A stretch of DNA of 64,000 nt, taken from Candidatus Omnitrophota bacterium. Its GTDB lineage: Bacteria; Omnitrophota; Gorgyraeia; Aquiviventales; Aquiviventaceae. Of this stretch, positions 9,224-18,406 are shown piece by piece; the first letter of the stretch is position 1; each line of letters opens with the position of its first letter. Location: the NCBI GenBank assembly GCA_016180575.1, contig JACPAY010000001.1:64857-128856 (forward strand), read 5' to 3'. The notes beneath the pieces were generated by a model. The model had not been told where the DNA came from, did no database searches, and saw only the letters and a program-made list of their open reading frames with translations. A program made the translations under genes and the position numbers.

Positions 9224-9801
9224 GTCTCCTGCGCCTTGTTGTACCGGTTCATCGCCGCCGCAATGCCCTCCGCGACCCACGCCTCGCAGGCGTCCACGGC
9301 CTGCGCCACCATCTGCCCCATGCGCGGGCGCTCGTCGCTGCGGAACGGGGAGAGCACGAAATCGGTCAGGTCGCTCGGCATGTCCGGCGCGCCCACCCCG
9401 AGCCGCAGCCGCGGAACCTGCTCCGTGCCCAGCGCCTCCAGGCACGAGACGAGGCCGTGGTGCCCGCCCGGGCCGCCCTCGGCGCGCAGCCGCAGCGCGC
9501 CCAGCGGCAGGTTGACGTCATCGCACACGATCAGCAGATCCTGCGGCGCCGCCTCCACCGTCCTCAGCGCCTCCCCGGACTCGTTCATCATGGTCAGCGG
9601 CATCAGCAGCCTGACGGTCCGGCCGGCCTCTTCGTAGTCGCCGAAGACGCCCGCGGAGCGCCCCCCGCGCGGGCTGACCGCCCGGTGCGTGAGCTGGACC
9701 CCGTGGCGGTCCGCCAGCGCCTGAATCACCGCGAACCCGATGTTGTGCCGCGTGCCCTGATAGGTCTGCCCCGGATTGCCTAAGCCGATGATGACCTTCA
9801 C
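9220..9801 (-). CDS. pth: peptidyl-tRNA hydrolase
   Basis: 193 aa with MKVIIGLGNPG..Y..TRHNIGF and GGHHGL motifs. Confidence 0.95.
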   Translation of the reverse strand: MKVIIGLGNPGQTYQGTRHNIGFAVIQALADRHGVQLTHRAVSPRGGRSAGVFGDYEEAGRTVRLLMPLTMMNESGEALRTVEAAPQDLLIVCDDVNLPLGALRLRAEGGPGGHHGLVSCLEALGTEQVPRLRLGVGAPDMPSDLTDFVLSPFRSDERPRMGQMVAQAVDACEAWVAEGIAAAMNRYNKAQET

Positions 9802-9815
9802 CCCAGCGGATCCGC

Positions 9816-10610
9816 TTATCCCTTCCCCTCTTTCTTGGGCTCGGACTTCTTGGCCTCGGCGGGCTTCTCGCCCTTGGCGGCCGCCTCGCCTTCCGCCTCG
9901 CCGGCCTCCTCTTTCTTCTCCCGGATGACCTCAGGCTCGGTGACGGGCGCGGCCTCCTCGGCGGCCGGCACCTCGACCTTCGGCGTCTGGACCGAGGCGA
10001 TGGCGCCTTCCGGGTCGCTCGTGATCCGGGCGCCCTTCGGCGCGGCCAGGTCGCGGACGTGGATCGTGTCGCCGATCTTCATGGCGCTGACGTCATGCGC
10101 AACACCCGTGGGGAGGTCGGCGGGCAGACACTCCACCTCCACCTCGCGCAGGAACTGCTCGAGGACGCCGCCGTCCTGCTTCACCCCTGCCGGCTCACCC
10201 TTCAGGATGAGCGGGACCTTCACCTTCAGCCGCTCGGTCAGCACGATGGCATGGAAATCGACATGCACGACATGGCCGTCCACCGGGTCGTGCTGGACCG
10301 CCTGCACGAGCGCCGGCTTCTCCCAGGCCTTGCCACCTGCCTGCGCCGCGCCCTTTGTCGCAGCGGAAGGCGCGGCAGGCAGGTCCTCCAGACGGAGGGT
10401 GACCAGCGCGTGCTCGCCCGCCTTGGCGCGCAGAAACTTCACGAGCTCCCGCTGGCTCACCTCAACACTCATCGGCTCCATGTCCCGGCCGTAGATGACG
10501 CCGGGGACCAGCCCCCCGTGGCGCAGCCGCCTCACCGGGCGCTTGCCCGCCGTCGTCCGGCGCTTCACGGTCAGCTGCTGCTGGTGGGTCGTGCGTGCGG
10601 ATGTTGCCAT
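9816..10610 (-). CDS. rplY: 50S ribosomal protein L25/general stress protein Ctc (long form)
   Basis: 264 aa. Contains RR.G.VPGVIYG and an acidic/Lys-rich C-terminal extension. It sits in the ctc-pth synteny. Confidence 0.9.
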   Translation of the reverse strand: MATSARTTHQQQLTVKRRTTAGKRPVRRLRHGGLVPGVIYGRDMEPMSVEVSQRELVKFLRAKAGEHALVTLRLEDLPAAPSAATKGAAQAGGKAWEKPALVQAVQHDPVDGHVVHVDFHAIVLTERLKVKVPLILKGEPAGVKQDGGVLEQFLREVEVECLPADLPTGVAHDVSAMKIGDTIHVRDLAAPKGARITSDPEGAIASVQTPKVEVPAAEEAAPVTEPEVIREKKEEAGEAEGEAAAKGEKPAEAKKSEPKKEGKG

Positions 10611-10623
10611 GCGGCCCTCGAAG

Positions 10624-11598
10624 TTAACTCGGCATCCCGTCGAACAACACGCTGATGGAGAGCTCGTAGTGGATCCGGCGGATCGCCTCGCTCAGGAGGG
10701 GCGCCACCGACAGGACCGTGATTTTGTCCTGCCGTTTCGAGCGGGCAAGCGGGACCGTGTTCGTCACGATGAGCTCCTTCAGGCCGGAGCCCGCGATGCG
10801 CTGCCGGGCCGGCCCGGAGAGGATGGGGTGCGTCACGCAGGCGTAGACCGCCGTGGCCCCGGCCCGGTCCAGGGCATTGGCCGCCTCGATGAGCGAGCTG
10901 CCCGTCGCGATCAGGTCATCAACGAGGAGCACGGTCTTGCCCTTCACGTCGCCCAGGATGTGCATGACCTCCGTGGCCTCCGGCGTGTTGCGCCGCTTGT
11001 CCACGACCGCCAGGCCCGCCCGCAGCCGCTTCGCGTAGGCGCGCGCCAGCTTGATCCCGCCGACGTCCGGCGACACGACGACGATCGGGCGGAGCCGCTT
11101 GCGCCGGATGTACTGCTCGAAGACCGTGATGGCATAGAGGTGATCGAGCGGGATGTCGAAGAAGCCCTGGATCTGGCCCGCGTGCAGGTCCATCGTCAGG
11201 ACCCGGTCCGCGCCGGCCGTCGTGATGAGGTTGGCCACGAGCTTGGCCGTGATGGGCACCCGGGGTTGGTCCTTGCGGTCCTGCCGCGCGTAGCCGTAGT
11301 AGGGGACGACGGCGGTGACGCGGCGGGCCGAGGCGCGCCGCACCGCGTCGAGCATGATGAGCAGCTCCATGAGATTATCATTGGTCGGCGGGCAGGTCGG
11401 CTGGACGATGAACACGTCCTTGCCGCGAACGTTCTCGTTGATCTTGACGCGGATCTCCCCCTCGCTGAACCGCCCGACGAACGAATCCGCGAGCGGCACC
11501 CTCAGCTCCCGGCAGATCGCCTTCGCGAGCTCCGGATTGGCGTTGCCGCTCAGGATGGCCAGCTCCGCGGAGAGCCGGTAGCGCTTCGGGGGGGCCAT
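10624..11598 (-). CDS. prs: ribose-phosphate pyrophosphokinase
   Basis: 324 aa with VVPYYGYARQDRK, DLHAGQIQGFF and the PRPP loop LVDDLIATGSS. Confidence 0.95.
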   Translation of the reverse strand: MAPPKRYRLSAELAILSGNANPELAKAICRELRVPLADSFVGRFSEGEIRVKINENVRGKDVFIVQPTCPPTNDNLMELLIMLDAVRRASARRVTAVVPYYGYARQDRKDQPRVPITAKLVANLITTAGADRVLTMDLHAGQIQGFFDIPLDHLYAITVFEQYIRRKRLRPIVVVSPDVGGIKLARAYAKRLRAGLAVVDKRRNTPEATEVMHILGDVKGKTVLLVDDLIATGSSLIEAANALDRAGATAVYACVTHPILSGPARQRIAGSGLKELIVTNTVPLARSKRQDKITVLSVAPLLSEAIRRIHYELSISVLFDGMPS

Positions 11599-11601
11599 GG
11601 G

Positions 11602-13149
11602 TTACCGCCTGGTCCTCCGCGCGCGGGGCCGCGTCGCCCGCCGCGGGGCGGCCTTCGCGCGGACCGGGCGTCCCTCGACTCGCTTCGCTCGCTCGGGACG
11701 GTGCCGAGCGGCTGGCGCGCGGCGGCGGGCCCCCGCGCCAGCGCGCTTCGCGGCCCTCTTGACCTTCCGGATGGCTCGCCCCGCCGTCGGCGGGGCGGGC
11801 TTGGCCTTCGCCTGACCGTCCTTCCGGCGCGCGGGCGACGCGCGCTCCGCCTTCAGCGGCGGCTTCGCCCCTGCCGCCGGCTCGCGGTGGTCCGTCGGGC
11901 GCGCGGCCAGCGGGCGGGCCGGCACCCCGGCCACCACGCCCTTTGGCGGCACATCGTGCGCCTTGGTGACGACGCAGCCGGCCCCGGTCACCGCCCCGGC
12001 GCCGATCTTGACCGGCGCGACGAGGACCGAATCGGAGCCGATGAAGGCGCCTTTGCCGATGTGGGTCTGGTGCTTGTCCTTGCCGTCGTAGTTCGCGGTG
12101 ACGGTGCCGGCGCCGATGTTGACGTCATCCTCGATGACCGCGTCGCCCAGATAGCTGAAGTGGTTGATGCGCGTGCGGGCGCCGACCTTCGTCCGGACCA
12201 GCTCCGCGAAGTTGCCGACCCGCACCGCCTCGCCCAGCGCGACCCCGGTGCGCAGCCGGGCGAAGGGCCCGATCTCGCACCGCTTGCCGATGGACACCCC
12301 CGTCTGGATCGCCGTATAGGGGTGGATGACGGTGTCGGCCCCGATGCTCACGCCGTAGTCGATGGAGGTGGTGGCAGGATCCTCGATGGTGACGCCGTTG
12401 TGGAGGTGCATCTCGATGATCCGCTGGCGGATGACCCCGATCGCCCGGGCCAGCTCCGAGCGCGAGTTGATCCCGAGCGCCTCGGCGATCTCCTCGACGC
12501 GCGCCGCCTGGATCTTGGTCCCCTCCTGCCGGGCCAGGTGCGAGACGATGTCGGTGAGATAGAGCTCGTGCTTGGCGGCGCTCGGCTTCACCGTCGCCAG
12601 CGCGGCCAGCAGCGCCGGGGCGCTGCAGACGAGCGGCCCGACGTTGATCTCGCGGAGCGCCCGCTGGGCGGCGTTGGCCTCCGCCTCCTCCACGATGCCG
12701 CTGATGAGGCCGCTCTCGTTGCGGAGGATGCGGCCGTAGCCGGTCGGGTCGGCCAGGTGCGCGGTCAGGAGGCTGCAGGTGGCGCCCGTCTTGAAGTGCG
12801 TCTCGATGAGCCGCTGGACCGTCGTGCGGCGCAGCAGCGGGGTGTCGGCGTAGAGGACCAGGACCGCCCCGGACCCGCTCAGCAGCTTCTTCGCTGCGGC
12901 GACCGCGTCCCCCGTGCCGAGCCGCTTGCCCTGGACGACGACGCGCGCCTCGTGGGGGAGCTGGGCCTTCACGTCCTCGGCGCCGTGGCCCAGCACGACG
13001 ATGGGCTGCTTGACCCCGGACAATGCCGCCAGGTCCAGGGCGTACGCGATCATCGGCCGGCCGCAGATCCCGTGCAGCACCTTCGGCCGGTCCGACTTCA
13101 TCCGCGTGCCTTCCCCGGCCGCCAAGATGACCGCCTGCAGGTTTCTCAT
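11602..13149 (-). CDS. glmU: bifunctional GlcNAc-1-P uridyltransferase / GlcN-1-P acetyltransferase GlmU with ~60-aa extra basic C-terminal tail
   Basis: 515 aa. AVILAAGEGTRMKS N-terminus and a hexapeptide-repeat C-domain. This is followed by a Lys/Arg/Ala/Pro-rich tail (..KAKPAPPTAGRAIRKVKRAAKRAG..RRATRPRARRTRR) running up to 3 nt before prs. Confidence 0.93.
   Translation of the reverse strand: MRNLQAVILAAGEGTRMKSDRPKVLHGICGRPMIAYALDLAALSGVKQPIVVLGHGAEDVKAQLPHEARVVVQGKRLGTGDAVAAAKKLLSGSGAVLVLYADTPLLRRTTVQRLIETHFKTGATCSLLTAHLADPTGYGRILRNESGLISGIVEEAEANAAQRALREINVGPLVCSAPALLAALATVKPSAAKHELYLTDIVSHLARQEGTKIQAARVEEIAEALGINSRSELARAIGVIRQRIIEMHLHNGVTIEDPATTSIDYGVSIGADTVIHPYTAIQTGVSIGKRCEIGPFARLRTGVALGEAVRVGNFAELVRTKVGARTRINHFSYLGDAVIEDDVNIGAGTVTANYDGKDKHQTHIGKGAFIGSDSVLVAPVKIGAGAVTGAGCVVTKAHDVPPKGVVAGVPARPLAARPTDHREPAAGAKPPLKAERASPARRKDGQAKAKPAPPTAGRAIRKVKRAAKRAGAGARRRAPAARHRPERAKRVEGRPVRAKAAPRRATRPRARRTRR
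11670..11699. repeat. Family D-related unit inside the glmU tail coding region
   Basis: GTCCCTCGACTCGCTTCGCTCGCTCGGGAC shares the CCCTCGAC...CTCGGGAC ends with the msrA element. Confidence 0.5.
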
Positions 13150-13196
13150 CGTCTGCTCATCCTCGTTGTTCTGTCCGATTCCTCGCTCACGGAGCG

Positions 13197-13267
13197 CTGG
13201 GGAGCCAGGACTCGAACCTGGACGTGGAGCTTCAAAGGCTCCTGTGCTGCCGTTACACTACTCCCCA
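13197..13267 (-). tRNA. tRNA-Gln (anticodon UUG)
   Basis: Hand-folded cloverleaf: UGGGGAG/CUCCCCA acceptor stem (U1-A72, as in Gln tRNAs), GUGU/GCAC D stem, GGAGC-CUUUGAA-GCUCC anticodon arm and CCAGG-UUCGAGU-CCUGG T arm. The discriminator is G and CCA is not encoded. Ends are good to about 1-2 nt. Confidence 0.9.
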
Positions 13268-14161
13268 TCGCACAGACACCTTCGAAGCCGGCTCACCGCG
13301 CCAGGTCTGCACCACCTCGACGCGCCAGGGATGCCGGCGCAGCGACCCGGCGACGGCCTCCGCCTGGGCCGCGTCGCGGCAGAGGCCGAAGACCGCGGGC
13401 CCGCTGCCGGAGACAGAAACCCCCTCACAGCCAAGACGGCTCAGAGAAGACTGGATGGTCGCAATGACAGGGCAACGCCGGATCGCTATAGGTTGAAGAT
13501 CGTTCCGTAATCCCTTAGCGAGCTCGCCGAGCGAGCCGTTGCGTAAGGCGTGCGTCACCATGCTAATCGAGGAGGGGGGGGCTGTCAAGCTGATTTCCAG
13601 CGCCGCCTCCTGATCCCAGGCCGCGAAGATATCCTTCGTGGTCAGGCGATCCGGCGGCACCGCCAGGACATGGGCCAGCGGCCGCACGCCCGCCAGGGGC
13701 TCGCATCGCTCCCCCCGGCCCCGCCCGATCGCAAACGGGGCCTCGCCAAGAAAGAAGGCGACGTCGGACCCCACGCCCGCGCCAAGCTCGGCGAGCCTGC
13801 CGGGGGGCCATCGGAGATCCCAGAGCGCGTTGAGGCCGAGGAGCGCTGCGGCCGCGTCGGAGGAGCCGCCCCCCAGTCCGGCTGCGATGGGGATGCGTTT
13901 GGCAAGATGGATGCGGGCCCCGCGCGTCAGGCCGCTGGCCTGCTGCAGCGCCCTCGCCGCGCGCAGGACGAGGTTGTCCTCGCCGCAGGAAAGCGCCGGC
14001 TCCGTGCAGGTGAGCGCCAGCTCCCCGTGCGGCTCGAAGGCCAGCTCATCACACAGGTCGATCCGCTCGAAGAGCGTTTCGATCTCGTGGTAGCCGTCAG
14101 CTCGTCGCCCGACCACGCGGAGCGACAGGTTCAGTTTGGCAGGTGCGGACAGGCGTATCAT
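13253..14161 (-). CDS. ispE: 4-diphosphocytidyl-2-C-methyl-D-erythritol kinase
   Basis: 302 aa with PAKLNL.L.V and the GHMP kinase loop PIAAGLGGGSSDAAA. The last 15 nt overlap the 5' end of tRNA-Gln. Confidence 0.9.
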   Translation of the reverse strand: MIRLSAPAKLNLSLRVVGRRADGYHEIETLFERIDLCDELAFEPHGELALTCTEPALSCGEDNLVLRAARALQQASGLTRGARIHLAKRIPIAAGLGGGSSDAAAALLGLNALWDLRWPPGRLAELGAGVGSDVAFFLGEAPFAIGRGRGERCEPLAGVRPLAHVLAVPPDRLTTKDIFAAWDQEAALEISLTAPPSSISMVTHALRNGSLGELAKGLRNDLQPIAIRRCPVIATIQSSLSRLGCEGVSVSGSGPAVFGLCRDAAQAEAVAGSLRRHPWRVEVVQTWRGEPASKVSVRWGVV

Positions 14162-14165
14162 TTAG

Positions 14166-14211
14166 AAGTACCGGGTACTTTTCCCGCTTTGCGAAGTACC
14201 CGGTACTTTTT
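14166..14211. repeat. Family B hairpin repeat, copy B1
   Basis: AAGTACCGGGTACTTTTCCCGCTTTGCGAAGTACCCGGTACTTTTT. It fills the whole transketolase-ispE intergenic gap. Confidence 0.9.
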
Positions 14212-15160
14212 AACCGAGCGCGCTTTGCTTGAGGCGGAGGACGTCCTTGGCGGCCTTGACGAGGTCCTCCGGCATGAGGTGGAACGCCTTCAGGAGCTCG
14301 GCGGGATCGCCGGAGGTGCCGAACCGGTCGAGCACGCCCACGAAGCGCATCGGGACCGGATGCGCCTGGACGAGCAGCTCGGCAACCGCGCCGCCGAGCC
14401 CCCCGAGGACGGTGTGCTCTTCGGCCGTGACGACGGCGCCGGTCTCCTTGGCGGCGGCGAGGAGGGTCGCCTGGTCGAGCGGCTTGATGGTGTGCAGGTT
14501 GATGACGCGCGCCTCGATCCCCTCCTTGGCCAGCTGCTCGGCCGCCTGGAGGGCGTGCGCGACCATGACCCCGCAGGCGACAATGGCCAGGTCGTCGCCG
14601 GGCCGCATCACGACCGCCTCGCCGATCCGGTAGGGATCGGCCTCCTTGGTGATCGCCGGCACCGGCGCCCGCCCGAGGCGCAGGAAGACCGGGCCGGAAT
14701 GGTCCGCGCTGGCGAGCGTCGCCTTCTTGGCCTCCACGGCGTCGCAGGGCACGATCACGGTCATGTGCGGCAGCGTGCGCATGTGCGCCAGCTCCTCCAG
14801 CGCCTCGGCCGTGGCGCCGTCGGCGCCGACCGACAAGCCGCCGTGCGAGCCGACGATCTTGACGTTCAGCTTCTGGTAGCAGACCGCCATCCGGAGCTGC
14901 TCCAGCGCCTTGCCGGTCACGAACTGCGAGAAGGAGCACGCGAAGGGGACCTTGCCCATCAGCGCCAGGCCCGCGGCCGTGCCGATCATGTCCTGCTCGG
15001 CGATGCCGACGGAGAAGAACCGGTCCGGGTACTCCTTCTTGAACCAGATGGCCCGCGCCGAATCCTCCAGGTCGCCGGAGAGCGCCACGACATGCGGATG
15101 CGTCTTCCCCAGCGCCAGCAGCCCTTCCCCGAACCCGTCCCGCGTCGGTTTGCCGGCCAT
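14210..15160 (-). CDS. transketolase, C-terminal (pyrimidine-binding) subunit
   Basis: 316 aa with FFSVGIAEQDMIGTAAGLA and GSHGGLSVGADGATAEALEE. It pairs with the upstream N-terminal subunit. Confidence 0.9.
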   Translation of the reverse strand: MAGKPTRDGFGEGLLALGKTHPHVVALSGDLEDSARAIWFKKEYPDRFFSVGIAEQDMIGTAAGLALMGKVPFACSFSQFVTGKALEQLRMAVCYQKLNVKIVGSHGGLSVGADGATAEALEELAHMRTLPHMTVIVPCDAVEAKKATLASADHSGPVFLRLGRAPVPAITKEADPYRIGEAVVMRPGDDLAIVACGVMVAHALQAAEQLAKEGIEARVINLHTIKPLDQATLLAAAKETGAVVTAEEHTVLGGLGGAVAELLVQAHPVPMRFVGVLDRFGTSGDPAELLKAFHLMPEDLVKAAKDVLRLKQSALG

Positions 15161-16005
15161 CAGCGCTTGCCCGCCTCAAGCTCCGCCAGCGCCCGCTCCA
15201 GCTCCTCGGGCTTGGGGGCGACGCCGTGCCAGGCGGGGTTCAGCTCCATGAAGGAGACCCCCCTGCCCTTCACCGTCCGCGCCACGACCACCTGCGGCTT
15301 GCCCTTCACCGTCTCCGCCTCGTCGTACGCCTTGACGACTTGCGCGATGTCGTGGCCGTCGATCTCGATCGCGTGCCAGCCGAACGAGCGCCACTTGTCC
15401 GCGAGCGGCTCGATGTCCTTGATCAGCTTCACCGGCCCGTTCTGCTGGACCTGGTTGGCATCGATGATGGCGCAGACCGCCTCGAGATGGTGGTGGTGGG
15501 CGGTCATCGCCGCCTCCCACACCTGCCCCTCCTGGATCTCGCCGTCGCCCATCAGGCAGAAGATGCGGCGGCTGCGGCCGTCCATCCGGTCCGCCAGCGC
15601 GACCCCGTTGGCCATCGAGAGGCCCTGGCCGAGCGAGCCGGCGGCGATCTCCACGCCGGGCACCGATCCCCGCTCCGGGTGGCCCTGCAGCCGCGTGGGG
15701 TAGCGGCGCAGCGTCATCAGCTCCTCCTGCGGAAAGTAGCCCTGGGCGGCCAGGACGGCGTAGAGCGCCGGGCAGCCGTGGCCCTTGGAGAGGAAGAAGA
15801 GGTCGCGGTCCGGCCAGTCCGGACGCTTTGGGTCATGGCGGAGCGTGTACCAGTACAGGCCGATGAGCAGCTCCACCATGGAGAGCGAGCCGCCAGGATG
15901 GCCGCTGCCGGCCTTGGCGATCATCCGGAGGATGGTCTTGCGCAGCTCGACGGCGAGCCGCCGGAGCGCCTGGAGGTCGGGCTCGCGCCGCGCGCGCGCG
16001 GTCAT
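15160..16005 (-). CDS. transketolase, N-terminal (TPP-binding) subunit
   Basis: 281 aa with GSGHPGGSLS, FLSKGHGCPALY and GDGEIQEGQVWEA. Confidence 0.9.
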   Translation of the reverse strand: MTARARREPDLQALRRLAVELRKTILRMIAKAGSGHPGGSLSMVELLIGLYWYTLRHDPKRPDWPDRDLFFLSKGHGCPALYAVLAAQGYFPQEELMTLRRYPTRLQGHPERGSVPGVEIAAGSLGQGLSMANGVALADRMDGRSRRIFCLMGDGEIQEGQVWEAAMTAHHHHLEAVCAIIDANQVQQNGPVKLIKDIEPLADKWRSFGWHAIEIDGHDIAQVVKAYDEAETVKGKPQVVVARTVKGRGVSFMELNPAWHGVAPKPEELERALAELEAGKR

Positions 16006-17483
16006 GGCGTCGCCACCGCCTCGGTCGCCGTCACGCGCTCAAGCTTCCGCTGAATGGCCTCGCTGGGCGAAAGCGTCAGCGCCCGCTCCCAGCTCCGCCG
16101 GGCCCGCTCCAAGTCGCGCCGCATGAAGTAGGCCTCGCCCAGGTGGTCGAAGATGACCGGGTCGGTGTCCAGGACCCCGGCGGCCCGCTCAAGGTACCGG
16201 ATGGCCTCCTCCAGCTCGCCCATCTTGAAGTACACCCACCCGAGGCTGTCCAGGTAGGCGCCGTTCTCCGGGTCCAGCTCGAGCGCCCGCTCGATCAGCG
16301 CGCGCGCCTCCGCGAGGTTCTCCCCCGCCTCCGCATCGAGATAGCCGAGGTAGTTCATCGCATCCGGGTGGTTCGGGTCCAGCTCGAGCGTCCGGCGCAG
16401 GCTCGCGCGCGCCTCCGGGCGGCGTCCCAGCTGATCCAGCTGCGCCGCCAGGTAGAAGTGCGCCTGGGCGTAATCCTCCTTCCGCGCGATCGCCCGCTCA
16501 AACGCCCGCATCGCTTCCTCCGCCTGCTTCGCTTCCCGGTAGACGAGGCCCAGCGCGAGATACAGCTCCGGCGGGTCGTCCAGCTCCTCGAGCTTCTTCG
16601 CCAGGAACCGCTCCGCCTCGTCGTACCGATACTGGGCTAGCCACCCGCGCACGAGCCCCATGATCGCCTCCAGGTCGCGCGGCGAGAGGTCGAGGATCCC
16701 CTGGTAGTGCGCGGCCGCCTCGGCGTACCGCTTGCCGTTCAGGAAGGCGCGCGCGGCGTGGTGGCGCAGCCGCGGGTTGAGCGGATCCAGCTCGATCGCC
16801 GCCTCATAGTGCGCCGCGGCCTCGTCGAACCGCCCGCTCAGCTCGTAGGTCAGGCCGAGGGCGACGCGGACATCCAGGGAGTCCGGCGCCAGCTCATAGG
16901 CGCGCGAGAGCTCGGCCAGCGCCTCCTCGAACCGGTTCATCCGGCCGTACAGCACCCCCAGGTTGAAGTGGAGCTGGCTCGACGGCCCCGTCTCCTGGAT
17001 CAGCGCCTCGTACAGGGCGGACGCCTTCGGCAGGTTGCCCTGGAGGACGTACAGGTCCGCGAGGGTGCTCATGATGAACTGGTCGCCCGGCGCGAGCGCG
17101 AGCAGCCGCTCATACGCCGCCACCGCCTCGTCGAGTTCCCCCTGCGAGGCGTGGAGCATCGCGACCCATCGCAGCGCGTCGGGATGGTCGGGGCGCAGGG
17201 CCAGCGCCCGCTTGAACGACTGCAGCGCCAGGTCCATCCGGCCCAGCTTCAGGTAGGCCGCCCCGACGCGCACGTGCAGCAGCGCGGACTGGTGGTCGTG
17301 CTCCAGCGCCTCCTGGTAGGCGTCGAGCGCTTCTGGCAATTTTGAGGAGCGCTCCAGCATCAGCCCGCGCAGGTAGGCGCCGTAGGCGATGCGGCTGGCG
17401 TGCCGGCCGGAGGCGGACGAGGTGGCGCAGCCGCTTGCGGAGGCGCCCAGCACCACTGAGAGGACGAGCGTTTTGGCGTTCAG
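16002..17483 (-). CDS. TPR-repeat lipoprotein (start uncertain)
   Basis: Many TPR units (..AYLKLGRMDLALQSFKRALALRPDHPDA..). The N-terminus NAKTLVLSVVLGASASGC has a lipobox. There is no in-frame ATG/GTG/TTG between the hisG stop and the signal peptide. The best candidate start is CTG at 17483. The 691-aa track ORF is over-extended. Confidence 0.8.
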   Translation of the reverse strand: MNAKTLVLSVVLGASASGCATSSASGRHASRIAYGAYLRGLMLERSSKLPEALDAYQEALEHDHQSALLHVRVGAAYLKLGRMDLALQSFKRALALRPDHPDALRWVAMLHASQGELDEAVAAYERLLALAPGDQFIMSTLADLYVLQGNLPKASALYEALIQETGPSSQLHFNLGVLYGRMNRFEEALAELSRAYELAPDSLDVRVALGLTYELSGRFDEAAAHYEAAIELDPLNPRLRHHAARAFLNGKRYAEAAAHYQGILDLSPRDLEAIMGLVRGWLAQYRYDEAERFLAKKLEELDDPPELYLALGLVYREAKQAEEAMRAFERAIARKEDYAQAHFYLAAQLDQLGRRPEARASLRRTLELDPNHPDAMNYLGYLDAEAGENLAEARALIERALELDPENGAYLDSLGWVYFKMGELEEAIRYLERAAGVLDTDPVIFDHLGEAYFMRRDLERARRSWERALTLSPSEAIQRKLERVTATEAVATP

Positions 17484-18406
17484 GCAATGACCTTGTTGAG
17501 CGGGTATTCGATGATGTCTTGGGCGCCGGCTTCTTTCAATTTGGGGAGGAGCGCCTTGACCTGCCGCTCGTCGATGACCGTTTCCACCGCCCACCACGGG
17601 TCGCGGTCGTCCTTGGACCAGAGCTTGGAAATGGTCGGCCGCTTCATGGCCGGGAGCGCCGCCATGACCTGCTGGAGCCGCCGCTCGGGCACGTTCAGCT
17701 TCAGGCCAACCTTGCCGTCCGCCTCCACCGCGCCGAGGAGCAGCGTCTTCAGGCTCTCGATCTTGCGCCGCTTCCAGGGGTCGGCCAGCGCCTGCGCGTT
17801 GGCGATGAGCTGGGTCGTGGACTCGCAGACCGTCTCGAGGATGCGCAGCCCGTTGGCGGTGAGCGTCTGGCCGGTCTCGGTCAGCTCCACGATGGCGTCC
17901 ACGAGGCCGGCGTGGACCTTCCCCTCGGTCGCGCCCCAGGAGAACTCGACGTCCGCGCGGACGCCGTGCTTGGCCAGGTAGGCCTTCGTGACGCTGACGA
18001 GCTCCGTCGCGATGCGCTTGCCCTGGAGGTCCTTCAGGCCGCGGACGGCGCCCTCGACCGGCGCCGCCAGCACCCACCGGACCGGGGTGCGGGTCCGCTT
18101 CGCGTAGACGAGCTCGGCGATGCGCTCGACCTTCGAGCCGCTCTCCAGGATCCAGTCGTTGCCGGTGATGCCGCAGTCCAGGACGCCCTGCTCGACGTAC
18201 CGCGACATCTCCTGGGCGCGCAGCAGCATGGGCGACAGCTCCGGGTCGTCCACCGACGGCCGGTAGGAGCGCTCGCTGATGAGCACCTTGAAGCCGGCCC
18301 GCTCGAAGAGCCGGACCGTCGCCTCCTGCAGGCTGCCTTTCGGCAGGCCCAGCGTGAGGCGCGGCTCGCCGGTAGTCCGTGCGCGAGTTGCGGCTTTGGC
18401 CGTCAT
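17480..18406 (-). CDS. hisG: ATP phosphoribosyltransferase (long form)
   Basis: 308 aa from ATG 18406: RLTLGLPKGSLQE.T..LF..AG, plus a C-terminal regulatory domain. The 520-aa track ORF is over-extended. Confidence 0.92.
   Translation of the reverse strand: MTAKAATRARTTGEPRLTLGLPKGSLQEATVRLFERAGFKVLISERSYRPSVDDPELSPMLLRAQEMSRYVEQGVLDCGITGNDWILESGSKVERIAELVYAKRTRTPVRWVLAAPVEGAVRGLKDLQGKRIATELVSVTKAYLAKHGVRADVEFSWGATEGKVHAGLVDAIVELTETGQTLTANGLRILETVCESTTQLIANAQALADPWKRRKIESLKTLLLGAVEADGKVGLKLNVPERRLQQVMAALPAMKRPTISKLWSKDDRDPWWAVETVIDERQVKALLPKLKEAGAQDIIEYPLNKVIA

Noticed and set aside
10495-13467. 990-aa plus-strand ORF, the longest in the track.
   Set aside because: It is entirely antisense to the well-supported prs, glmU and tRNA-Gln genes. 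Its translation is low-complexity Arg/Gly/Pro/Asp-rich with no motifs. It is a typical stop-codon-poor shadow ORF of a high-G+C genome. The same reasoning applies to 13550..15703, 4056..6035, 24790..26103, 27681..29351, 48306..50141 and similar antisense ORFs.
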